A DNA stretch of 64,000 bases from Minisyncoccota bacterium (GTDB taxonomy: Bacteria > Patescibacteriota > Minisyncoccia > UBA6257 > GWB1-50-10): assembly GCA_041665265.1 (NCBI GenBank), contig JBAYJE010000003.1, positions 1,424-65,423 of the forward strand, given 5' to 3'. Positions 27,575 to 36,788 of the stretch are shown in pieces. Position 1 is the first letter of the stretch. Each line of letters starts with the position of its first letter. The notes below the pieces were generated by a model. The model was given only the letters and a program-made list of their open reading frames with translations. It was not told where the DNA came from and ran no database searches. Made by a program: the position numbers and the translations under genes.

Positions 27575-27979
27575 ATGAGAAAAGATTCAAAAATAGTGAG
27601 CGCGAGTATTCTTGCAGGAGCGCTTATTGTTGCTGCACTTATCATAGTACGTTCTACTTCTCCTTCTTTACCTCATACAGGGGATTCCTCAAGTGTTCGC
27701 ATGGAGAACGGAGTTCAATGGATTGAAGTGACTGCACGAGGTGGTTATTCTCCTCGAGTAATAGTTGCTAAAGCAAACATTCCAACAAAATTACGTATGA
27801 TTACACGCAGCACTTTTGATTGCTCTGCAGCATTTGTAATGCCCGCACTTGGCATTCGAGCGATGTTGCCATCTTCAGGTTTAACTAATTTCGATATTCC
27901 ACCACAGTCGGAAGGTTCTGAACTACAAGGTCTTTGTGGAATGGGTATGTATAGTTTTGTTATTCAATTTACGAAATAA
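27575..27979 (+). CDS. Membrane-anchored Cys/Met-rich protein, possibly cupredoxin-like and metal-binding
   Basis: N-terminal TM. The C-terminal 'GLCGMGMYSFVIQF' resembles a cupredoxin tail but lacks the His ligands. Confidence 0.3.
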   Translation: MRKDSKIVSASILAGALIVAALIIVRSTSPSLPHTGDSSSVRMENGVQWIEVTARGGYSPRVIVAKANIPTKLRMITRSTFDCSAAFVMPALGIRAMLPSSGLTNFDIPPQSEGSELQGLCGMGMYSFVIQFTK

Positions 27980-28001
27980 AAAAGTTTGATATACTAATGA
28001 T

Positions 28002-28235
28002 ATGTGGAATTATTATGGAAGACATATGTTTGGATGGGGAGGAGGTGGGTTTGTACTAATTTTATTTTTCTGTATCGTGGTAGTTGCTTTTATTGTATGG
28101 GCTGAATATAAAACATTTTCACCAAGAAACGAGGCAAAAAAGACCGCACTTGAGATTCTGAACGAGCGATATGTAAAAGGAGAGATGGATAAGAAAGAAT
28201 TTGAAGAAAAGAAAAAAGATATTAAAAACAATTAA
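28002..28235 (+). CDS. SHOCT-domain small membrane protein
   Basis: TM helix plus 'ALEILNERYVKGEMDKKEFEEKKKDI' (SHOCT motif). Confidence 0.6.
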   Translation: MWNYYGRHMFGWGGGGFVLILFFCIVVVAFIVWAEYKTFSPRNEAKKTALEILNERYVKGEMDKKEFEEKKKDIKNN

Positions 28236-28238
28236 ATC

Positions 28239-28475
28239 ATGAAACATATAACCATTTACTCAACTCCTTCGTGTGTATACTGCAAAATGGCCAAAGCATA
28301 CTTTGACCAAAAGGGTGTAACCTACACTGAAAAAGATGTATTTGCAGACGAAAAAGCACGAGAAGAGATGATTCAAAAATCTGGACAACTTGGCGTTCCC
28401 GTAATAGATATCGGAGGACAAATTGTCATTGGATTTGATAAGAGCATTATCAATAATCTTTTAGAAACAAAATAA
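28239..28475 (+). CDS. Glutaredoxin/NrdH-like redoxin
   Basis: 'ITIYSTPSCVYCKMAKAYF' is a CxxC thioredoxin-fold motif. 78 aa. Confidence 0.75.
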   Translation: MKHITIYSTPSCVYCKMAKAYFDQKGVTYTEKDVFADEKAREEMIQKSGQLGVPVIDIGGQIVIGFDKSIINNLLETK

Positions 28476-28488
28476 AGTTCAGTATCTC

Positions 28489-28512
28489 AAGCGCCCTTCG
28501 GGGCGTTTTTGT
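28489..28512 (+). terminator. Intrinsic terminator
   Basis: GCGCCC-ttcg-GGGCGT plus TTTTTG. Confidence 0.7.
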
Positions 28513-28543
28513 TTCGTGCAAATGTTCGGTATAGTGAGAGTAA

Positions 28544-29260
28544 ATGAAACTTCATAGATTTATAGGTGATTTTGATTTTTCACACTCTATACTACGGGTT
28601 ACCGAGCGTGACTTTGTTGAACAAGTCATTTCTGTACTTAGACTTGCACGTGGTGAGGAACTGATTTTGTGTGATGGAAAAAGGAATGAAGTGAGAGGAA
28701 AAATCCTTACTTACGAAAAGGGGTTTGTTGAGATTGAAATTCTTGAGAAGAAAAGGAATGAGGCAGAATCTGAATGTGAAGTGACACTTTACCTTTCAAT
28801 ATTAAAGAAAAGTAATTTTGAACTTGCAGCACAAAAAGCGACAGAGGCGGGAGTCACACATCTTACTCCTGTTCTTTCTACGCGCACAGTTAAATTGAAT
28901 ATGCCAGAAGCAAGAATCTCACAAATTATGAAAGAGGCATCGGAGCAATCTGGACGAGGGGTAGTTCCTCAGATTCATAAAGCAATTGATTTTGATATGG
29001 CACTTGAACATGCAAAACAAAACGACGCAAATCTTCTTTTTGATAGCTCTGGCAACTCCATGCACCATATTCTACCCACACTTCAGGATGCACGTCGCAT
29101 AGGAATTTTTATAGGTCCTGAAGGAGGATTTGATCCAGAAGAAGTGTCACGCGCAAAAGAAAAAGGATTTAAAATTGGAAATTTAGGGAAACGTACACTT
29201 CGCGCTGAAACAGCGGCAACTATTGCAACATTTATCATATGCCAATTGCACGAAGAGTAG
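28544..29260 (+). CDS. rsmE: 16S rRNA (uracil1498-N3)-methyltransferase
   Basis: 'MKLHRFIGDF', 'GPEGGFDPEE', 'LGKRTLRAETA'. Confidence 0.8.
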   Translation: MKLHRFIGDFDFSHSILRVTERDFVEQVISVLRLARGEELILCDGKRNEVRGKILTYEKGFVEIEILEKKRNEAESECEVTLYLSILKKSNFELAAQKATEAGVTHLTPVLSTRTVKLNMPEARISQIMKEASEQSGRGVVPQIHKAIDFDMALEHAKQNDANLLFDSSGNSMHHILPTLQDARRIGIFIGPEGGFDPEEVSRAKEKGFKIGNLGKRTLRAETAATIATFIICQLHEE

Positions 29261-29826
29261 CACGGGTTATGGAAGTAATGCAGAAACGCCAAAAAGGACT
29301 TATCATCGTTCTCGAGGACATTTATGATCCACACAACGCAGCTGCCATTTTAAGAAGCGCGGAGGCTTTTGGTGCAGGAACAATCTACTTTATTTTTAAT
29401 ACAGAGAAGGAATTCAACCCTCGCCAAATAGGGAAGAGGAGTTCATCGTCCGCAAATAAATGGCTTGAGTTTAAAATATTTAAGACTATTGAGGAATGTA
29501 CAAAAGAATTAAAGAAACAGAAGTACACTATTATTGCGACTGCACTTATTCCAGACGCAAAATCCATTTTTCGTGCTTCATTTACATCCCCACGCATTGC
29601 GCTCATGTTTGGAAATGAATCGCGCGGTCTTTCACCAAAAGCACTTAGTATTGCTGATGAAGTTGTCTCCATTCCTATGCGAGGCATGGTAGAAAGTCTT
29701 AATCTTTCAGTATCGGCAGGAATCTTTCTTTTTGAGATTACCCGTCGACGCCTCGCAACTATGAAAAAGCATGTACTTACCACTCGCGAAGCTAAAGCTG
29801 CCACCAAGCGTATACTACGGACATGA
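29239..29826 (+). CDS. SpoU/TrmH-family RNA 2'-O-methyltransferase
   Basis: 'VLEDIYDPHNAAAILRSAEAFG', 'GNESRGLS', 'IPMRGMVESLNLSVSAGIFLFE'. Confidence 0.75.
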   Translation: MPIARRVARVMEVMQKRQKGLIIVLEDIYDPHNAAAILRSAEAFGAGTIYFIFNTEKEFNPRQIGKRSSSSANKWLEFKIFKTIEECTKELKKQKYTIIATALIPDAKSIFRASFTSPRIALMFGNESRGLSPKALSIADEVVSIPMRGMVESLNLSVSAGIFLFEITRRRLATMKKHVLTTREAKAATKRILRT

Positions 29827-30497
29827 AAAAAATAACTGGAGGAATTTTTGGTGTATGGAAACCGAAAGGGCCGAGCTCGTATGACGTAATACGCGTTTTA
29901 AAGCATATGACGACAGAAAAAAAAATTGGGCACGCAGGAACATTGGATCCTCTTGCGTCAGGCATTCTTGTGATTGCAATTGGGCGTGAAGCGACAAAAA
30001 AAATTAGTAATGAAGTGGCAAAGGAAAAAGAGTATGTAGCTTCAGTACGACTAGGTGTTACAAGCAGCACCGATGATAGGGAAGGTATAAAAACAAGAAA
30101 CATTTCTGCAAAAAAGATTTCAAAAGAAGAAGTACAAAATGCAGTAAATAAATTTGAAGGAAAGATAATGCAAGTGCCACCTGTCTATAGTGCAATAAAA
30201 ATGCAGGGAAAAGAAGCATATAAAAGAACACGTGCAGGGGAAAAGATTGTTATGAAACCAAGAGAAGCTCTTATTAAAGAGATTGAGATTCTTTCCTATA
30301 GATGGCCTTATCTCTCCATTCGCGTAGTCACGGGCCCAGGAGTCTATATCCGTTCGCTTGCGCGTGATATAGGGGGTGCACTGGGTGTGGGAGGGTATCT
30401 TGCAAATCTCATACGTACTCGCGTGGGCACCTATACTAAAAAGGATGCACTGCACCCAAAAGTGAAACATAGTAGAATAAAGAAAAGGTCAAAATAA
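29823..30497 (+). CDS. truB: tRNA pseudouridine(55) synthase
   Basis: '[21 protein letters not shown]...[21 protein letters not shown]'. Confidence 0.85.
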   Translation: MKKITGGIFGVWKPKGPSSYDVIRVLKHMTTEKKIGHAGTLDPLASGILVIAIGREATKKISNEVAKEKEYVASVRLGVTSSTDDREGIKTRNISAKKISKEEVQNAVNKFEGKIMQVPPVYSAIKMQGKEAYKRTRAGEKIVMKPREALIKEIEILSYRWPYLSIRVVTGPGVYIRSLARDIGGALGVGGYLANLIRTRVGTYTKKDALHPKVKHSRIKKRSK

Positions 30498-30510
30498 TAT
30501 AATTATAGCT

Positions 30511-31128
30511 ATGTACGAATTACCAAAACTTCCGTATGCATATGATGCGCTCGAACCATGGATTGATGCGCGCACGATGGAAATCCATCACACAAAACAT
30601 CATGCTACCTATGTGGCGAAATTGAACGAAGCGCTTGCTCCTTATCCAGAACTTTCTGCACAATCGGTTGAACAACTCGTAAAGAACCTCGCATCTCTCC
30701 CTGAGGCAGTTCGCGGCGCAGTAAAAAATCATGGAGGAGGGCACGCAAATCACTCGCTCTTTTGGACGGTGATGGGACCACAAAAGGGTGGCGAACCTGT
30801 TGGAAAAACAAAAAACGCAATTACTTCATCACTTGTAAGTTTCGGTTCTTTCAAAGAGCAATTCTCAAAAGCCGCGCTTGGTGTATTTGGAAGTGGATGG
30901 GTCTGGCTCGTAGGCGACTCGCAAGGAGCTCTGAAGATTATGACTACCCCTAATCAAGAATCGCCACTTACCCAGGGGCTAACTCCTATCCTTTGCCTTG
31001 ATGTATGGGAACACGCCTACTATCTTAAATTTCAGAATCGTCGTACAGAATACATTGAACAGTGGTGGAATGTAGTCAATTGGGATGAGGTTGAAAATCA
31101 ATATACAAAAGCAATACTCCATGGATAA
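30511..31128 (+). CDS. Fe/Mn superoxide dismutase
   Basis: '[16 protein letters not shown]', '[10 protein letters not shown]', 'DVWEHAYYL'. Confidence 0.9.
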   Translation: MYELPKLPYAYDALEPWIDARTMEIHHTKHHATYVAKLNEALAPYPELSAQSVEQLVKNLASLPEAVRGAVKNHGGGHANHSLFWTVMGPQKGGEPVGKTKNAITSSLVSFGSFKEQFSKAALGVFGSGWVWLVGDSQGALKIMTTPNQESPLTQGLTPILCLDVWEHAYYLKFQNRRTEYIEQWWNVVNWDEVENQYTKAILHG

Positions 31129-31387
31129 CATTAAAGAGAAAATAGTAGGGGAACAGGCGCAATTCAAGAAAGAGGCACGAAACCAGGCACTCACCCTTAT
31201 TACGACGAGCTTTAGTCTTGTGGCAGGCCTTGCGTGGAATGAAGCAATTAAATCGCTTATTGAATTTCTTTTTCCGCTTGGGCAAAACGGCCTTGTTGCA
31301 AAATTGCTCTATGCGGTACTTATTACTCTTTTTATAGTGATAGTTACCTATAGCCTTTCAAAGATGAAAGCAAAAGATACCGAGTAA
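31121..31387 (+). CDS. Hypothetical small protein with one C-terminal TM
   Basis: '[15 protein letters not shown]...' The ORF overlaps the sod stop by 8 nt. Confidence 0.4.
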   Translation: MDNIKEKIVGEQAQFKKEARNQALTLITTSFSLVAGLAWNEAIKSLIEFLFPLGQNGLVAKLLYAVLITLFIVIVTYSLSKMKAKDTE

Positions 31388-31396
31388 CATCAAGAT

Positions 31397-31424
31397 AAAA
31401 AATACCCCGAGTAGGGTATTTTTG
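31397..31424. terminator. Bidirectional intrinsic terminator between convergent genes
   Basis: AAAAATACCC-cgagta-GGGTATTTTT. Confidence 0.65.
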
Positions 31425-31432
31425 TAGAAGCC

Positions 31433-31879
31433 TTAGTTAAGAACAACGATATCAGTAAATGCGATTCCGAACTCCATCGCATCTTGCCTTGAGGGCATCC
31501 AGATATCTACGAAGTTTTTCTTACGCACATGCATACGATCCTCAACAACGAACGTCTTTGTTCCAAAAAACTTTGGAATCTGAATCTTTGTACCAAAGGG
31601 GTAGATATTGGTCGCAATGATTCCATCGCGAACCATAGAGCCCATTGCAGTGACAAAAGGAGTGCTATCAGTTTGGTCTGGAGTACTTGAATAGGCAGTT
31701 ACCCAGACTTTTCGGGTATTTTGTTCATCTACTACTTGTTTTGGTGTGACAGCTGCCTCTGCTACATGAACAACGGCATCTGAAAGTACTTGACGGTCTC
31801 CCACTACTGGCACCTCCGAAGGAATCGGAAAGACCATAACGGCAAGACTTATAAGTACTGGTATAAGTTTAATCATCAT
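31433..31879 (-). CDS. 3D-domain protein (MltA-like double-psi barrel, cell-wall associated)
   Basis: Signal/TM plus 'RKVWVTAYSSTPDQTDSTPFVTAMGSMVRDGIIATN...FGTKIQIP...VVEDRMHVRKKNFVDIWM'. Confidence 0.6.
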   Translation of the reverse strand: MMIKLIPVLISLAVMVFPIPSEVPVVGDRQVLSDAVVHVAEAAVTPKQVVDEQNTRKVWVTAYSSTPDQTDSTPFVTAMGSMVRDGIIATNIYPFGTKIQIPKFFGTKTFVVEDRMHVRKKNFVDIWMPSRQDAMEFGIAFTDIVVLN

Positions 31880-32004
31880 AATAAAAACCCCTCACTCAGG
31901 GATTATGGGGATAGCCTATCACACTTTGTCGATTCTGGCAAGGGTTTGAGGCAATAAACCGCTATTTTATTGAGTTTTTCGGACTTTCTGGTAGTATTGT
32001 AAGT

Positions 32005-32094
32005 GATGAATCCCGTTAGAAACATGAGTATAATAGAAAATATGAAAACCCGAGTCGAAAGCGAATTGACCTTAAATTTCTAACGGGATGAATC
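32005..32094 (+). promoter_or_regulatory. Perfect 18-bp inverted repeat (32005-32022 / 32077-32094). It encloses a TATAAT box and sequesters the RBS/start codon of the RluA-family gene.
   Basis: GATGAATCCCGTTAGAAA ... TTTCTAACGGGATGAATC with a 54-nt loop that contains TATAAT (32029-32034). The gene's ATG at 32088-32090 lies in the right arm. Confidence 0.5.
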
Positions 32095-32810
32095 TTGTGA
32101 TTTATAAAACAAAAGACTTTGTGGCATACAACAAGCCGGCAGGCATGCTTGTACACCGAACGCACGAGACAAAAGAGGGCCAAGGAGAGAAAACACTCGC
32201 TGATATTGCCATTGAAGAGTTTCCAGAGATAAAAAAAGTAGGAGATGACCCAGAACTTCGTCCTGGAATCGTACATCGCCTCGATAGACACACGTCGGGC
32301 GTTATTATTGTGGCTCGAAACCAAAAATTCTTTGAATTTATGAAGGGTCTCTTTCAAACACATCAAATTACGAAAACATATTGCGCACTAGTAAATGGAA
32401 GATTAATGGGAAAAGGTACTATAGATACTCCTATAGGATTGAAGCCGGGCACGGTAAAGAGGAGCGTCTTTGCAAAGAATATGAAGATGGTAAAGGAGGC
32501 GATTACTGAGTATAAGGTAAGGAAAATGTATCAAAAGGAAGGATTCGGAGGGCGAGCGATTTATTATTCACTTGTTGATGTAACCCCAAAAACAGGAAGG
32601 ACACATCAGATTCGCGTTCATCTTGCTTCTATTGGTCACTCAATTGTAGGTGACGCACTTTATGGACAAAAAATAAACTCACTTGGTCTTGCTAGACAAT
32701 TTCTTCACGCAGAATCAATCGAATTTAGTACGCCCGATGGGAATCGCGTAAAATTGGAGGCCGAACTTCCCAAAGAACTTCGAGATGTACTTGAAGCATT
32801 AGAGAAATAA
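32088..32810 (+). CDS. RluA-family pseudouridine synthase (no S4 domain)
   Basis: 'HRLDRHTSGVIIVARN', 'TYCALVNG', 'GRTHQIRVHLASIGHSIVGD'. Confidence 0.85.
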   Translation: MNLVIYKTKDFVAYNKPAGMLVHRTHETKEGQGEKTLADIAIEEFPEIKKVGDDPELRPGIVHRLDRHTSGVIIVARNQKFFEFMKGLFQTHQITKTYCALVNGRLMGKGTIDTPIGLKPGTVKRSVFAKNMKMVKEAITEYKVRKMYQKEGFGGRAIYYSLVDVTPKTGRTHQIRVHLASIGHSIVGDALYGQKINSLGLARQFLHAESIEFSTPDGNRVKLEAELPKELRDVLEALEK

Positions 32811-32841
32811 AAAGCCCCACAAATGTGGGGCAGATTTTTTG
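32811..32841 (+). terminator. Intrinsic terminator
   Basis: GCCCCACA-aa-TGTGGGGC plus AGATTTTTT. Confidence 0.7.
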
Positions 32842-33178
32842 TGCGAACCTATATTACAGAAGGTGGCAAGTCTTCGTGTGTCCGCGTGCCGGAGATTCGT
32901 CCTTTCGTGGCTTCGAGTATATGCAGTATTACATCGTATTGATCAAAACGTGTATGACACTGAGCGAGTAATCAATTATATGCAGATTTTATATTGTGAC
33001 AGTATTTATCACAAGGAAGAGGGCAGGTCTTCTTATCCGCATGCCAAACCTCCGTTTGTTGTACTGGGTCGGATAATACCCTTAAGCCACATAATATGTC
33101 AATGGCCTTTTAAGATACGGATAATGTAAGGCGGTTTCGTTTGACAAAAGACATGGTTTTGCTTACTCTTTTATAGTT

Positions 33179-33502
33179 ATGGAAAACGACATCTTGAAGA
33201 AAATTCGCCCAGGCGCAAAAGTACGCGTGTGGGAAAAAATCAAAGAAGGAGACAAGGAGCGCCAAAGCGCTTTTGAAGGATTAGTACTTGCACGCAAGCA
33301 TGGTAATGAATCAGGAGGAAGCTTTACGGTTCGTGCAGTACTTTCTGAAGTAGGAGTTGAAAAAGTTTTTCCAATCAATTCTCCAACAATCGCAAAAGTT
33401 GACATTCTTTCAAGTCCAAAGAAATTACATAAAGCAAAGTTGTATTATGTCCGAGATTTCTCAAGCAAGAAGATTCGCGAACGCGTCACTTCAAAGAAAT
33501 AA
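33179..33502 (+). CDS. rplS: 50S ribosomal protein L19
   Basis: 'IRPGAKVRVWEKIKEGDKERQSAFEGLVLARKHGNESGGSFTVRAVLSEVGVEKVFPINSPTIAKVDIL'. Confidence 0.9.
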   Translation: MENDILKKIRPGAKVRVWEKIKEGDKERQSAFEGLVLARKHGNESGGSFTVRAVLSEVGVEKVFPINSPTIAKVDILSSPKKLHKAKLYYVRDFSSKKIRERVTSKK

Positions 33503-33511
33503 CGATAAGGG

Positions 33512-33536
33512 ACTCCCGCATTCGCGGGAGTTTTTG
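33512..33536 (+). terminator. Intrinsic terminator after rplS
   Basis: CTCCCGC-attc-GCGGGAG plus TTTTT. Confidence 0.7.
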
Positions 33537-33577
33537 TATGATAAGAGTATAAGAAAAAAGAGAGTACGAACTACAAC

Positions 33578-34273
33578 ATGGAAACCGAAAAAGAAAACGT
33601 AGGAATGCTGTTGGTGGTAGCAACGCCAATCGGTAATTTAAAGGATATAACACTTCGTGCGCTCGAAGTGTTAAAGTTGTGTGATGTAGTGTTTGCCGAA
33701 GACACGCGTGTTTCTGCAAAATTACTCGCACACTTTGAAATTAAAAAGCCGGTATTTCGGTACGACGAACACTCGCACGCACTTTCAGTTACTAAGATTG
33801 CAAAATTACTTGTTGAAAAAAAAAGAGTAGTACTAATAACCGATGCGGGTACTCCTGGTATCGCAGATCCTGGTTCCCGTCTTATTGCTGCAATTCATAG
33901 TGAGCTTCCAGAAGTTCCTATTGTTCCTATTCCGGGGCCCTCAGCACTTATTACCTTACTTTCTGTTTCGGGTATGAATACAGAGCAATTCACTTTCTTG
34001 GGTTATCCGCCGCATAAAAAAGGAAGAGAAACATTCTTTAGAAAGATAAAGGAGATACCAGTATGGCCCGTGGTTCTTTATGAATCTCCTCATCGAATTG
34101 TAAAAACATTTCATAGTATTGTGGAACAGTGCGGCGAGGAGAGAATGGTAGTGGTAGGACGAGAGCTTACGAAGATGTACGAGGAGATATTTAGAGGTAC
34201 TGCAAAGGCAGCACTTCAAAAATTCGAAGCAAATGTAATACGAGGAGAATTTGTAATAGTTATTTCCCAATAG
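33578..34273 (+). CDS. rsmI: 16S rRNA (cytidine1402-2'-O)-methyltransferase
   Basis: 'LLVVATPIGNLKDITLRALEVLKLCDVVFAEDTRVSAKLL', 'DAGTPGIADPG', 'PHR', 'ELTKMYEE'. Confidence 0.85.
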   Translation: METEKENVGMLLVVATPIGNLKDITLRALEVLKLCDVVFAEDTRVSAKLLAHFEIKKPVFRYDEHSHALSVTKIAKLLVEKKRVVLITDAGTPGIADPGSRLIAAIHSELPEVPIVPIPGPSALITLLSVSGMNTEQFTFLGYPPHKKGRETFFRKIKEIPVWPVVLYESPHRIVKTFHSIVEQCGEERMVVVGRELTKMYEEIFRGTAKAALQKFEANVIRGEFVIVISQ

Positions 34274-34547
34274 CCCAATCCTCAAGTGATTGAAAGTCTG
34301 TTTCTCCACAAATACTTTTCTTTGATCGTGTATTGTAAAAGAAAGGCACACCTTCGCAATGCTCCGTGTCGTACTCCTTCATAAGTTGTTGGTTGGCAAT
34401 ATCGTGCCATACCTCGAGTCTCTCAATTGTGAGATGATTATCGAGTTCAATTTTCTCTACAAACGGTTTCATTGTCTCGCAATGTGGGCATTCCTGACCA
34501 TAAAACATGAGCAAATGATTTTTTTCGTTCATAATAGTATTATACAA
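34260..34547 (-). CDS. Thioredoxin/glutaredoxin-fold protein (CPHC)
   Basis: 'LLMFYGQECPHCETMKPFVEKI'. Confidence 0.6.
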   Translation of the reverse strand: MYNTIMNEKNHLLMFYGQECPHCETMKPFVEKIELDNHLTIERLEVWHDIANQQLMKEYDTEHCEGVPFFYNTRSKKSICGETDFQSLEDWAIGK

Positions 34548-34549
34548 CG

Positions 34550-35140
34550 GTGATGAAAAGATTTCTCGATATTGTGGGTGGTTGTATTGGCTTTCTAGGA
34601 TTTCTAATCCTTACCCCTTTTGTTGCGCTTGCCACAGGTATAGAAAGTGGTTTCCCGATTCTTGTGAAGCTTGATCGAGTGAGCAGTGGGGAATGTATAC
34701 AAGTGTATAAGTTTCGTACGATGATTCATGGAGCACATGCGATGAAGAAAGATCTTGCTACTCAAAATGAACGAAATGATGGGCCTCTTTTTAAAATAAA
34801 AAACGACCCTCGCCTCACGAAAGTAGGAAAATTTCTGAGGAAGCTTCGGATTGATGAGTTTCCACAATTTATTAATGTATTGCGTGGGGAACTATCGCTT
34901 GTAGGCCCTCGTCCTCATGAGCCCGAAGAACTCGCAAAATATCCGGAGGAATTTAAAATGCTTGCTGAAGGGAAGGCGGGACTTACCGGGCTTTCTCAGG
35001 TAAGTGGTGCATCGGGTCTTCCATTTCGAAAGGAATTGGAGCTCGATAAATATTATTTGGAACATCAATCATTGTGGCTTGATATTAAAATACTTTTTAA
35101 AACGGTTTGGATTTTTATTTCCGACCCCACGGGGGTCTAA
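34550..35140 (+). CDS. Bacterial sugar transferase (polyprenyl-phosphate glycosyl-1-phosphate transferase, WbaP/EpsL C-terminal-domain type)
   Basis: 'YKFRTM...DPRLTKVGKFLRKLRIDEFPQFINVLRGELSLVGPRP'. Confidence 0.8.
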   Translation: MMKRFLDIVGGCIGFLGFLILTPFVALATGIESGFPILVKLDRVSSGECIQVYKFRTMIHGAHAMKKDLATQNERNDGPLFKIKNDPRLTKVGKFLRKLRIDEFPQFINVLRGELSLVGPRPHEPEELAKYPEEFKMLAEGKAGLTGLSQVSGASGLPFRKELELDKYYLEHQSLWLDIKILFKTVWIFISDPTGV

Positions 35141-35158
35141 AAATAAAAAACATTGACT

Positions 35159-35183
35159 ATAGCACTTTGAAGTGCTATTTTAG
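35159..35183 (+). terminator. Intrinsic terminator
   Basis: AGCACTT-tga-AGTGCT plus ATTTT. Confidence 0.5.
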
Positions 35184-35219
35184 TTTCAGCAATTTTATTC
35201 ATTCACAAAAGGAGGTTGT

Positions 35220-35558
35220 ATGCGACAAACCAATCTTACACGCGAAGAGGTATTATTATCTCTCGTAGGACAGCGAGAATGCCCATATCCGCGCTGCCTG
35301 TTACTAAATGAACTAGGTGTCATGGCAAAAGAAGGAGATAAAGAGGCTGAAAAAGCCCTTCGTCCCGTCCTCCTCATTTTGTCTGAGGATGAACGTGCCA
35401 TCGCATATTGTTGTCTTGCAAGTCTTGAAGCACACGAACCTGAAACAATCGCCGCACTCAAACAATTTGCGAACGATGCGGAAAATGCGCCTCTCATAGG
35501 ATGGGCACATCAACGATTCGGGATTGTGGTGCCAACCGGCACAACACCGACTGCATAA
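35220..35558 (+). CDS. Hypothetical protein (112 aa, locally GC-rich)
   Basis: Strong RBS AAAGGAGG 8 nt upstream. No known motifs. It is followed by a terminator. Confidence 0.45.
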   Translation: MRQTNLTREEVLLSLVGQRECPYPRCLLLNELGVMAKEGDKEAEKALRPVLLILSEDERAIAYCCLASLEAHEPETIAALKQFANDAENAPLIGWAHQRFGIVVPTGTTPTA

Positions 35559-35563
35559 TAATA

Positions 35564-35593
35564 TAAAATCCCCGTACTAAACGGGGATTTTTT
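35564..35593 (+). terminator. Intrinsic terminator
   Basis: AAATCCCCG-tactaaa-CGGGGATTT plus TTT. Confidence 0.7.
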
Positions 35594-35627
35594 GCCTAAA
35601 TTATAGGATTCTTTCTAATTCTCGGTT

Positions 35628-36788
35628 ATGATGAGACTAATGCGGGTCGCGATTTTACATGATTATTTGAATCAGTTTGGTGGCGCGGAACGAGTACTTG
35701 AGGTTCTTCTTGAGATATTTCCAAAAGCCGATTTATATACGCTTCTTTATGATTCGAAAAAAACATTTGGACGTTTTGACCGTAACATTGCAAAAACAAG
35801 CATTCTTGATAATTCGTTAGTACGGAAAAAACATCGCGCGTTTATCCCTCTTATGCCTTTTGCCTCGGAACATCTCACAAGCAAGGATCAGTACGATCTT
35901 ATAATCTCTTCTACTGCGGGGTATGCAAAAGGATTTAATATAAAAGGGCGATATCATATAAGTTATTGCCACAGTCCTTTGCGATACGCGTGGGAAGTTG
36001 ATTATTTAAAAAATCTTCCCTTTGCACCGTGGCCACTAAAAGAAATGATTATAAATCCAATTGCACAATGGATGCGGCAGTGGGATATTGATGCCGCAAA
36101 ACGAGTAAATCTTTTTATTGCAAACTCTCATTATATTGCGCAGAAAGTGCATTCGTATTATGGGCGTGAGGCATTTGTAGTATTTCCTCCTGTCGAAAGT
36201 AGAACTTTTTATCCTGATCCTTTGGTAGCACAAGGTGATTATTATCTTATGGCGGGGAGGCTTTTGTACTACAAAGGATTTGATATTGGTATTAAAGCAT
36301 TTAATCGATTAAAAAAACCTTTAAAAATTGTGGGTGCGGGTCCCGAAGCAGAAAAGCTAAAAGCGCTAGTAAAGACTCCCTATATTGAATTTTGCTCAAA
36401 TATTTCTGATGAAGAGCTTCGAAAATTGTATTCAGGAGCAAAGGCATTTATTTTTCCACAAATTGAGGATTTCGGACTGGTAGCTGCAGAAGCACAGGCA
36501 TGTGGTACACCAGTACTTGCGTACCGCATAGGAGGAGGAGGAGAAATCGTAATTCATAAAAAAACGGGACTTCTTTTTGATGAGCAAACTCCTGAAGCAA
36601 TCGAGGCGGCGGTACGCGAGTGCGAAGCAATGCAGTTTAACCGTAATGAGATTGCACGAGAGGCAAAACGCTTTTCACGGGAACAATTTATAACCAAAAT
36701 AAGTACCATTGTTCGTGCTGCAGGATTTTCTGATACGATGCCGTCTATGGGGACTTCGAAAATTCAAAATAGAAAAATGCGCTCATGA
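35628..36788 (+). CDS. Glycosyltransferase family 4 (group 1)
   Basis: '[21 protein letters not shown]' and '[29 protein letters not shown]'. Confidence 0.8.
   Translation: MMRLMRVAILHDYLNQFGGAERVLEVLLEIFPKADLYTLLYDSKKTFGRFDRNIAKTSILDNSLVRKKHRAFIPLMPFASEHLTSKDQYDLIISSTAGYAKGFNIKGRYHISYCHSPLRYAWEVDYLKNLPFAPWPLKEMIINPIAQWMRQWDIDAAKRVNLFIANSHYIAQKVHSYYGREAFVVFPPVESRTFYPDPLVAQGDYYLMAGRLLYYKGFDIGIKAFNRLKKPLKIVGAGPEAEKLKALVKTPYIEFCSNISDEELRKLYSGAKAFIFPQIEDFGLVAAEAQACGTPVLAYRIGGGGEIVIHKKTGLLFDEQTPEAIEAAVRECEAMQFNRNEIAREAKRFSREQFITKISTIVRAAGFSDTMPSMGTSKIQNRKMRS

Noticed and set aside
32839-33129. 96-aa ORF in the long rplS upstream spacer
   Set aside because: It has no RBS, an odd Cys/Arg/Tyr-rich composition and no motifs, so the region was kept as noncoding (see findings).
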